Positions 12,254-22,817 of a DNA stretch of 64,000 nt are shown piece after piece. Below the pieces are notes generated by a model. It had not been told where the DNA came from. It worked only from the letters and a program-made list of their open reading frames with translations, and did no database searches. The DNA lies in the NCBI GenBank assembly GCA_010093705.1, contig MU006111.1:124001-188000 (forward strand), read 5' to 3'. Numbering within the stretch: position 1 is the stretch's first letter; every line of letters starts with the position of its first letter. The position numbers were made by a program, and so were the translations under genes. This stretch comes from Patellaria atrata CBS 101060 (taxonomy: Eukaryota).

Positions 12254-14014
12254 ATGGAACGCACGATAGAGCAACTCGCCGAGGAATGGCTCGCCTTGGA
12301 CAAAGACCCCGTCACCCGCGAAGAGATTCACAAGTTCCTCATAGAAGGGCACAAAACTGAGCTGGAAAAACGGTTGAGATATCGTATTGCTTTTGGTACA
12401 GCCGGTCTGCGAGCAAGAATGGAGGCTGGGTTCTCACGGTTGAATTCGTTAACGATCATCCAAGCGACCCAAGGTCTGGCAGAATACCTGTTGCAGCAAG
12501 AGGACGTAGATGTCAAACATTGTGGAATCGTAATCGGCAGAGATGCCAGATACAACTCAGAAAAGTTCGCAAAGCTCACTGCGGCCGTTTTCATAGCCAA
12601 AGGTATCCGAGTGTGGTGGTATGACGAACCAGTCCATACGCCACTCGTGCCTTTTGGCGTGAGAGAGCTTCATGCAGCAGCAGGTATAATGATTACTGCC
12701 AGTCACAATCCAGCCATGGACAATGGTTATAAGGTATACTGGTCGAATGGTTGCCAAATCATCCCTCCGCATGATTCCGGCATCGCAGCTTCCATTGAAC
12801 GAAATCTGATTCCCGTCACTTGGGACACGTCAGAGGTGGAGGACGACAACCTCCTCCTCGAGAGTGTCAAGGGTCTTGTTGAGGATGCGTATTACCGCGC
12901 TGTAGTGCACTCGTCCCAAGTTAGGGGGATAAAAACTGAAGATGCTGATTTCGAATTTGTCTATACCCCGATGCACGGAGTTGGGCTACCTTTTATGAAC
13001 AAAGTTCTGGAACTTACAGGGCTCAAGAAGAATATGGTTGTGGTTTCCGAGCAAGCTGATCCGGATCCCGATTTTCCCACCGTCAAATTCCCGAATCCAG
13101 AGGAGAAGGGTGCTTTGGACCTAGCGATCAAAACAGCCGACGAACACTCGATATCTTTGATTGTTGCAACAGACCCCGACGCCGATCGTCTTGCTGTAGC
13201 CGAAAAGGTCTCTGGTCAATGGCATCAGATCAGTGGAAATCAGCTAGGTGCTCTCTTGGCATCTCACATTCTAGAGACCTATCTTCCCGAAAAATCACGT
13301 TCTGCACTCGTTTTCCTTGCTTCCACAGTCTCTTCAGGCATGCTTTCATCGATGGCTAAAGCAGAAGGGTTCTATTATAAGGAGACCCTCACAGGCTTCA
13401 AGTGGCTCGGGAATGTTGCGCGTCAATTGGAGGCCACGGGAAAATATACCGCCGCGTTTGCATTCGAGGAAGCAATTGGCTATATGATTCCTGGTGTTAC
13501 CCATGACAAAGATGGTGTGAGTGCGGCCGCGGTCTTCTTAACCGCTGTTCAACGTTGGAAACAACACGAAGGGGTCAACCCATGGCAAAAGCTAGAACAC
13601 CTCTACAAGAAATACGGTCATTTTGAAGATGCTAATACGTATCTTATATCGCCTTCTCCTGATACCACGAACGCTGTGTTTATGTCTATCCGGCAGCTGG
13701 GCTCGCCTTACCCAACTCACGTGGGTAAAAGACGGATTCTAAGGTGGAGGGATCTGACTGAAGGATACGACTCCGCGTCTAAGGACCACGTACCGGATCT
13801 ACCGGTTTCAAAAGATAGCCAAATGATCACCTGTAAACTTGAGGGTGATGTGAAATTTACTGCCAGAGGATCGGGTACAGAACCGAAGATCAAACTATAC
13901 ATCGAAGGGAGAGCTTCAAGCGCAGAGGAAGCCAAGGATGCCGCAGATGAAGTCCTGGCAGATTTGTTAAAGGAGTGGTTTAAGCCAGAAGAGAATGGGT
14001 TGAAGTTGGCATAA
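12254..14014 (+). CDS. Alpha-D-phosphohexomutase, PGM2/PRM15 (phosphoribomutase/phosphoglucomutase-2) type; intronless
   Basis: FGTAGLR, catalytic ITASHNP, metal loop DPDADR, FEEAIG and RGSGTEPKIKLY. ATG in ACCATGG context at 12254. Confidence 0.92.
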   Translation: MERTIEQLAEEWLALDKDPVTREEIHKFLIEGHKTELEKRLRYRIAFGTAGLRARMEAGFSRLNSLTIIQATQGLAEYLLQQEDVDVKHCGIVIGRDARYNSEKFAKLTAAVFIAKGIRVWWYDEPVHTPLVPFGVRELHAAAGIMITASHNPAMDNGYKVYWSNGCQIIPPHDSGIAASIERNLIPVTWDTSEVEDDNLLLESVKGLVEDAYYRAVVHSSQVRGIKTEDADFEFVYTPMHGVGLPFMNKVLELTGLKKNMVVVSEQADPDPDFPTVKFPNPEEKGALDLAIKTADEHSISLIVATDPDADRLAVAEKVSGQWHQISGNQLGALLASHILETYLPEKSRSALVFLASTVSSGMLSSMAKAEGFYYKETLTGFKWLGNVARQLEATGKYTAAFAFEEAIGYMIPGVTHDKDGVSAAAVFLTAVQRWKQHEGVNPWQKLEHLYKKYGHFEDANTYLISPSPDTTNAVFMSIRQLGSPYPTHVGKRRILRWRDLTEGYDSASKDHVPDLPVSKDSQMITCKLEGDVKFTARGSGTEPKIKLYIEGRASSAEEAKDAADEVLADLLKEWFKPEENGLKLA

Positions 14015-14785
14015 TTGAAGATCATACCTTTTAGACCTCTATATACTTTTCATCTTGGCTTATTGGATTGTTACGCTATCTGTAATATTTACGATAGATA
14101 TGATTTGTTAGGTTTGTTGCGTTTCAGGGAATAAGTCTGTGGCAGTACTACACACGCACATGGTTCACTAGCCACATGAGATCTGCTACGTTCGACGTTC
14201 GATCGTCCTTTATGTGATTCCCCTTTTTTGAAATAATGCTCCGACATCGAGGTAGGTAAGCAGTTCTGATGTTTACTGTATATGAGCAGCATAGATGATA
14301 GAACTACCATATGTGGAAAGCGAGCACGAGTGCGGTTAGATGAACCAGATTATTACAACAAGGCATCAAACTGTTGTCCCGAATACTATATGATCCACTG
14401 TTATAGAAGACGATGGAGATGTTGAAGATTTAATACAGTACTCTACTAAGGTAATGCTCACTATTTCGGGAATAGCCGTTGTCGGTAAGGTACCGTACCG
14501 TAAGCTTTCTTGCAAGCTTTTTACCTTATCTAATAAGGTACTGTACCAAGGTCTCCACTTACCTTACTGACCCTTCAGTATTATCAAACACTTCCATGTC
14601 ACCTCTCTCTCTCCGCATTCACCTCCCAATTCGGCATCTCTATCCTACCTCCACTCTCTTTAAGCTTCTCTTTTTGGCCACTCTCTCAAGCTTCTCTTTT
14701 GACCTGAGTCTGACCTTGTCCTCTCCGTCTGTGCAGCACCCTCCTCCCCACGTCACTCTAAAGTCTGAACACCTATTTTGGCACA

Positions 14786-17526
14786 ATGGCTGCACGCCCT
14801 ACTCCAAATCCACTAGGCGAATCGTCCGAAGCTCCAAGTGGAGCCGACAAAAACTCTGATTTAGCTACAATGCATGCCAATGGTCCTTCTACTTCCCCAG
14901 ATGCGAACGGCACGCAATCTTCACAAACCGTACCCACTACAAGAAAGAAGAAAAGGCATCGGGCTGGGAAGAAGAGACGCAATCGTCGCCAGTCCTTCGC
15001 CGCACTTTCGGATACCACTGAGAATCCGGAGATAATCGTTGAACGCCCAACAATGGAGAGCACGCCTTCAGGATCTCGCGAGAATTTCTACAGGCTTGGG
15101 AGAGTTCTCAGCAGTACTAGTCTGGAGAGTGAGGCGTTGTTGGATCACCGGTACGCTTACTGTTATAGCTCGCCATTGTCCTTCCTACTAACATAGATTT
15201 TCTTATAGCGATCATGGACCTTTGCAGGCACGCCGTCAAAGTCTACAACAGGGAGCGATATTTGCCCCCAGACCAAGCCAGCCCTATACTCGAACTCGAA
15301 CCTCCCTAGCTCCCTCACATCAAGCCTCGCATCAAGGATCAAGCCCCAATCGCCCAAGACCCTCAGCCATTCCTCAGAGTAGTGATGATGAGGACACTGA
15401 CGATCATACCCCCTTAATTTCGTCATCTCATCGTGAACGGTCCCCTCCTGCAAAGGGACTTTCTTCTTCCACGTATGGGGCCCTCGGTGGCTTCTTCGGA
15501 TCACAGCCTTCCGAGAGACGCGGAGCCCGCTCCCGTCAACGCTCTGCAAGTTCTTCAGTCTCGGGAACGGGGAGGAGGAGGAAGACACTGGCAGTGGCAG
15601 AGCTTGGTGTAGGAGAGGAGTTCCCAGACTTTGACGTCAACAATCCGCCGTCGAGACCTGCGTCCCCCGGTTACGATGATGTTATGCTCACGGGAGATCT
15701 AGCAACAGGCGCTAGATCGGTTGATCGACTTGGGGATGCTGTCATTGATATCGATCATATGCCAGAAGGTCATGATATCGATATGAAAACTCCTTCAGAA
15801 CGCCGCTTGCGCGATGGGAGAGCCGAGGATGACGTTTGTTGGGTTCCGCAAGGAGATTCAATACTGGACGAGGAAGAGTATAAGCGTACGCATGGTGCAC
15901 ACCCGAAGGTTCGACGAAGGAGAAAGCTGTGGCCTGACGTTTCTGTCTTAGAAGACTGGGCCGCAGTGGAAAAGGAACAGCGTACCATTCAGAGCATCCG
16001 CGCAAGGAAAGTGAGTGAGCCAGTCCTCGTGGCCGGGCGCTTGCGCCCTCAAAAAAAGGCATGGCACAGGGAAGAGGAAGATGCTCCTTACAGGTTCACC
16101 TATTTCAGTGACGAACTCGAGGATACCATCCACTCATCTACGATTTCAGAACTGCCCAGCGAAGATATGACGTTCAAAGATCTATTCATACCCGAGCCAC
16201 CCCTGTTATCCGATTCGGATTCGGATTCAGAGGATGACAGTGCTCAACCGACATTGACCCATCGGCAACGCAGTCTACTCCATCAGTCACTTACTTCTCC
16301 AACTAGAGATGGTAGAGATGCATCAAGCGTACGTTCCTCACGGGCAATTACGGCGGAGAGGCAATCGTCATCCGGAGAGCAGACGGGAAGGAACACCCCG
16401 GTTCCCATAACGGAAGCTCCAGCTCCCAAACAAAAACAGAAGCGTTATGGACCAGTACCTACCTGGTGGCTGGACGTTCTGTCCCCTACAGATGCTGAAA
16501 TGCGGGTCTTATCGAAAGCGTTCAACATCCATCCTCTGACCGCTGAGGATATCATGCAGCAAGAGGCCAGGGAAAAGGTTGAATTATTTCGAGATTATTA
16601 CTTAGTGAGCTATCGAACTTTCGAGCAAGATCCGAAACATGAGAACTACATGGATCCGGTCAATATGTATTTGGTCGTCTTCAAAGATGGCATCATCAGC
16701 TTCCACTTCTCCATGGTCCCACATCCAGCCAATGTACGTCGACGCGTCCGTCAACTTAAGGAATTCCTCGTCCTCAGCGCTGATTGGATATCGTACGGCA
16801 TAATCGACGACATTACCGACGCCTATGTTCCATTGATTCAAGATATTGAAAACGAAGTCGACAACATCGACGACGAAATCCTCAATCTTCACCGCATAGA
16901 CGCTCCGGACGACTGCGATCAGAAATACAAAGAAGACGAAAAAGCGTCTATATCAGGCGATAAACTATCCCCGAACGCTAGCGGTGATATGCTTCTTCGT
17001 GTTGGCGAGTGCAGGAAGAGAGTCATGAGCCTTTATCGCTTACTAGGCAATAAGGCAGATGTCATCAAAGGCTTCGCGAAACGCTGTAATGAGCAGTGGG
17101 AAGTTGCGCCAAGGAGCGATATTGGGCTCTATCTTGGCGATATTCAAGATCACATCGTCACTATGACCGGAAACCTGAGCCATTACGAAAGGTGACTCTT
17201 CCCAATAATTTCATTCATTGCGGTGATGGCTCGCTAACCCCTCCCTTTTTAGTCTCCTCTCTCGCGCCCACTCCAACTACCTCGCCCAAATCAACATTCT
17301 CATGAACGAGCGCCAGGAGAAGACAGCAGACGTGCTCGGCAAACTGACAGTTCTAGGTACCATCGTTCTACCGATGAATATTGTAACAGGCATGTGGGGC
17401 ATGAATGTCATGGTGCCCGGACAGACAGTCGAGAGTTTGACATGGTTTTGGAGTATCACGGCTGGGTTGGTCCTATTTGGACTCACGAGCTTCTTTGTTG
17501 CCAAGAGAGTCTATGGAATTGTGTAG
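14786..17526 (+). CDS. CorA-family Mg2+ transporter (Alr1/Mnr2-like)
   Basis: Long disordered N-terminus, WWLDV...FNIHPLTAEDI...REKVELF, and C-terminal TM pair with GMWGMNV (GMN motif). Introns at about 15151-15208 and 17192-17251. Confidence 0.92.
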
Positions 17527-18148
17527 ATGGGAAAGAGAGAAGAGGTTTTCATAATTTACGTGAATGGAATTTTCATGGGCGGCTATAGGATTGGGTAGTT
17601 ATTTATTTGCGCGACGTCACACCGCAATGGTGTGGAGAAGAGGACTAGAATAAGCTAGCGACCTCGAATAGGCAACCTTGTAATTCTAGTGTCTAACTTA
17701 AGGCAAAAATATTAACCAAATAAATAACTACCATTGATTATTTGCTTCTTCTTTATGGTCGGAGGCTCATTATTACCATCAGTGTGACGCACTATGTTAA
17801 GGAGAGACCAGTACAGATATCGAGAACGGGTTGTAGTCTGAGCATTACTCAAGGGGTTACTCTTAGAGTTTGTTAGATAATGGAAGAAATCATCATCCTA
17901 AAGCAGAGAACTGTAATTTTTACGATAGTAGTTATGTTCAGAGAATGGTCATTATCAGCTGTAATATCAGACCTGGTCGTCATAGTATACTTAGCTACCC
18001 AAACACTTACGATAACAGGCTTTCAACATGAACTCCATGGAACCGCAAGGTCTTATAAGGACTCATATCCGACAGCACGCGGATATGGGTACAAGAGGCG
18101 TACAGTACCGATGAGGGATATCATAACACTTCCACGTGCAGTCCTTAC

Positions 18149-19992
18149 TTAAACTGTTTGATATTGTTCAATAATAACATCGGACATCTAGGACAGTGTC
18201 AGCTCTGCACTGATACTTAGTCAATCGTATACTCACCATCTCCGCAATCGCATATAGAGGTGCTTGGTAGTGACACCCCAACGGGAATGGGATAATGCTA
18301 CCATCAATGACTCTCAACCCCTCTGCTCCTATGACGTTACAGTTATTATCAACGACCGAGCCCATGGCGCAAGTGCCTCCGGGATGATGCATGGAAAAGC
18401 CTGTTCTATTTAACCTTGCTCCAAGCGCAGCATCGGAGACATCATTGCGTAAGCTCTCGTCGATGCCGTATTCTTGCACCCCGTACTTACGTGCAGTTTC
18501 ACTGGTAATCATCATGTTCATTGCTGAACGAGCACATGCGTAGAGCAGTTGGCGGTCTAGGTCATTGGAAAGGAATCTCGGATCGATGATTGGTAGGTCA
18601 TTTGGGTCCGCAGAGGTTAATCGAACGGTGCCTCTACTTGTTGGGCTGACGAAGACGTGGGACATGGAAAGAATGGTACCACTCTCGGCTGCGAGTGTAG
18701 GTTTAATGGAGACGTCCAGATGAGTATATATCATGTAATTCTCCGTATGAGGTCTGTCTTTGAGTAGATGTATTCTGAGCAACTCCTCGGACAGGGAATG
18801 TTGCGCCAGTTCTTGAATACTCTCCTCATCATGTCTAAGGAATGCGAAGTAGTCAAGAGGAGGTCCGGCTAACGGATCACAATCTTTGTCGGACAGCAGA
18901 TCTATGTCATCTTCCAATGGTAATGAGTTAGGAAACTTCCAAAAGGTCATGAACGCCAGATGATCAGTCAGATTCTCCCCTACCGGAAGGTCGAGTACTT
19001 TCGGTATACCGAGCCGTTCAGACTGGGCCGATGGCCCTATTCCGCTGAAAATCATCAGTCCTGATAATAAATGGTCATTCGATGCAGCAATTGATACGCA
19101 CCTCAATATAAGGAGTTTCGGGGACCCGTAGACACCAGAGCAAAGTATCACCTCCTGTCGAGCTTTCAAAAGCATCTTTGCTCCCCTACTGGTACGTAAT
19201 TCAATGCCCGTTGTTCTTACGCCATCGAACACAACTTTGCTGACATGTGTATCGCAAAGCACAGTAAGATTATCTGAATTTGGGTAACATGAAGCAGCCC
19301 ACTGCCTCTGTCCCTTATAAGTGCTGCAGGTATGTTCCGAATATCCGAGTGTAACTCCCGAGTTGACGTCGGGATTGAAAGACACACCGATTGACCTGTA
19401 AACCTGAGTCACGAAGCCTTTTAGAGGGTAATTGCGTGGTAGACCAGAACTGCTCATCTGTGCCACTTTTATCGGTCCAGATGTGCCGTGTACGGTCGTA
19501 TCGACATCGACCAGGTCAAGACCTGGGAGAAAGGTCTCCGATTTAATAAAATATGGGAGAAGGCCCTGCCAAGACCATCTCGGATCCCCAATCTTTTCAG
19601 CCCAGTGGTCACTGTTATATTACCAGGTGTTAGATGAAATTACGACAGGTATAGTGGATATTAGGCCTGAACTATACTTACTATTCACCTCTGGCTCCTC
19701 GTATCCAACTCTGATAGTTGATAGCAGATCCTCCACCCAGAACTTTACCTTGTTCCTGTTTCATGATGAGACCATTCATTGACTTCTGGGGAACAGTCCT
19801 CAGGGGCCATTCGATCTCGCTATTATCATCCATGAAGACACCCACAGCCGGTCTCACCCTCTCATTCTCAGCAGGTCCAGCTTCGATTAATAGAAATGTA
19901 TGATTGAGTAAAGCAGCAGAAAGGCGGCTGGCTAGGACACAGCCTGCTAGGCCTCCACCGACAAGAATGAAGTCAAAAGTATCCTGAACCAT
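18149..19992 (-). CDS. GMC oxidoreductase (AA3; choline/alcohol/glucose dehydrogenase-like), no signal peptide
   Basis: FAD-binding FILVGGGLAG, QGKVLGGGSAINY, SRGTVRL...PIIDPRFL, catalytic MHHPGGTCAMG and HYQAPLYAIAE. Three GT-AG introns restore the frame (e.g. GAA TA|T GAC). Confidence 0.9.
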
Positions 19993-20862
19993 TCTGTCTT
20001 TCAAAAATCCACTTCTCAAAGATTTAGACGGATCTTTTGCTGCAAGGTAGAAGTGGAGGAGGAAAGGAAGTAAAGAGATTTCCTCCTGCGACAGGGTCCC
20101 AAACGTCAACGCACGCGAGGAGTAATATATTGAAGCGTGACCCACCCGTGTCGCATTCAAGTACAACTTCTAGTGAAGATGGCCGGGTCACAGATGTGGG
20201 ATATCCGTCAATTACTACCAAGCAGAATTTTTCATCATAAGAGCAATACACTTTGACCATGCACCCTTTCTCTCCACTATGGTCCATCTTTCGAATCTCG
20301 TGCATAACCTTATTGGTAGTAACATCAACTATCCTAGACTTCATAGAAGGTAACCTACAGACGGCATGCAGACAACAAATCACATCATAACGGAAGATAG
20401 TGTACTCAACATACCCATTCACAGAATGAATAAGCACTCTTAGACCAAAGACTATAAAATTTCAAATAGGAGAATAGATAGGAGATAACTGAATACCTAG
20501 TTCAAACCCCCACTATACGCGAGAGCGTAGCTAAGGAGTCTTGATCAGAATTATACTGTACAAAATCATCAATATTATGAGCCTCGTCTCAGATAAATGA
20601 ATACCGTACGCAAGTCACACACAGAAAGTCGCCGTTTATCAATTTATCTTCAAGACGACGAGATTTTTATGAAGGTTTGATCCCTTTTCTATGTCGCAAA
20701 AATAACATTTGGATTAGAGTTAGGCTAACGAGCCACTAGTCAATTCTGGGAATCTATAGACTACCTTAGCGCCGTCTGTCCTCCACTACCGTCAAGACAT
20801 CAAGGTACACCTTAGTACCGGTCCAGGACGGGTTTCTACGAATTAGAGATTCATTCTGCATC

Positions 20863-21249
20863 ATGGAGGTATCCTGTCAATGTGGCGCATGCCATTTCAC
20901 CACTCCAACCGCGGAACCGTTGAATCTATACCACTGTCATTGCGTCGAGTGTCGAAAGCAGTCTGCCAGCGCATTCGGTACCTCAGCTATCTTCGAGCGC
21001 TTTGATTTACCATCCGATCAGCCGATATCATGCTGGACTCGTCCAACTGATAGCGGGAATATTTTGGATTGCTTCTTTTGCAGTGTTTGTGGTGTAAGAT
21101 TAGTACATGCTAGAAAGGGAGGAACTAAAATGAGCGTCAAAGGCGGCTGCATCGAGGGTTTGGACTGGAAGAAAGCAAAACATATTTGGACATGTAGAGC
21201 TGTTGTTGATGTACCAGCAGAAGCGCAGCAGTGGGAGAAAGAGCCATGA
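20863..21249 (+). CDS. GFA / CENP-V / Mss4-like Zn-binding protein (glutathione-dependent formaldehyde-activating enzyme family)
   Basis: SCQCG, HCHCVECRKQSASAFG and FFCSVCG...HIW pattern. Confidence 0.9.
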   Translation: MEVSCQCGACHFTTPTAEPLNLYHCHCVECRKQSASAFGTSAIFERFDLPSDQPISCWTRPTDSGNILDCFFCSVCGVRLVHARKGGTKMSVKGGCIEGLDWKKAKHIWTCRAVVDVPAEAQQWEKEP

Positions 21250-22817
21250 TCGCTAACACGGTCCTTGGGCTGAACCGATGGAAATTTGAGGTGAGAAGCA
21301 GCTACGCAAGGATACTTGTGCATAAATTTTCTTGCTGACTTATACCGTATATCGTTTAGTACCTTTACGAAAGATAGCACGCGTAACTTAACTTGATATA
21401 TGTTCAGAAACGAACCGTTTGTGAGACTTGCGCAGCTTAATATGTTCAAAATGGCGTGGGATCCGTATCATACACCAACACACAGCGATCATTAGTCTGT
21501 TAGCATAGTCATCTGACGACCGATTTCCCAGGTTCCTTCAGGTTTCGGAAACAAGCCGTTTTATCGCGTTATATTTCCATCTGACACATACTTTTCTTGA
21601 TTGACGCAAGTTATCAATATGAGGTCCTTCCTGAGCGATCATCTCAGAATTGGATTTAAAATTTCCATTTCGAAATTTTTTGCTCTTGATATGCTTGAGA
21701 GATTGTCGTATTAAACACTTAATGATAATGATTACGCTCTTCTGGAAGTTGTCTTGATTAGACTAATCGCGGTAAAAGTGGCACACCTTTCAAATATCTT
21801 ATCAAAGAAAGCGGAAATGACACACAATATACCTAGATCAGTCATTCGTAGTCCAGTAGCAGCCGGTCGGATAGAATGCACCCGCTACTAGTCTAGCGCT
21901 ATGAATCATTGTAGTACTATTCATGAATAAAACGCTCATACTTCCCCTCATCAGACACATGAATAGGGAGTAGCTGCTGAAGAAGACATCAAGAGCTTTC
22001 CCATAATCCTAAAGGGAAGCTATAAATGGTTGAACTTTCTCTTGTGCCTTGTATAAGAAAATACCCAATCTTTAACGTAGATATGCGACACTAGCTGTAT
22101 AGAATAAGTTCTCTGGGATTGCATCATCAAAGCAGGGAATTTATGTATGCTCAACTCGGTCCAAAAATCGATCTTTTACCCTTTTCCACGGTTCTGTTGA
22201 AATAGCAATCGTCGTCTTGATATTGGTCATTTCTGCTGCATAGATGGCAACTTAATCCGTAAAGTTGATGAGAGCATTTAGTCCCAGGCCAAAAGTCTAG
22301 TTAGGAAGATGACAGGTAGGAAGGCCAAACATAAAGATGCCCTCAGCTCTTATCTGGACTCGGAATACCACAGGACTGAATGGGATAATGGTACAAGGAA
22401 TTCATATGTACGGAAGTTTAAGTTTAGTACATGAAGGCAAACACGAACTCGTCGAGTGAATTTAAGATAATCCTGTACGGATGCTCGGTGCCTGACTACT
22501 GTGTGTCTTGTGTAGGGAGTATAGCTCCGTCGTTGCTATTTTTGCAATGGAGAATATAGAACTAAAAGGTAATAATAACGAGGTGAAGTGTATAAGGTTC
22601 CGGTCGGTCTCTCTCGGCCGCCGTAGAATCTAATAGCAGCATATGTCTTGGCATGGGTTTTCCACCCATATCTAGTACGCAAAAATATTGCTATGTTTCT
22701 ACGATCTCTGACCTAAAATACGCGCTCTCAAATTCGAATAACGCCTATACCATCTACTCGAACTTCCATCTCGCTACAAACATAGAACTGTGAAAACCCT
22801 ACGTGGGGAAAGAAAAC

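Noticed and set aside
19681..19684. Apparent premature stop in the GMC oxidoreductase
   Set aside because: The TAG spans a splice donor (TA|GTAAGT); splicing gives TAT and an intact gene.
21250..22800. AT-rich ORF-poor stretch as a transposon relic
   Set aside because: No terminal repeats, target-site duplication, or transposase/RT motif is visible.
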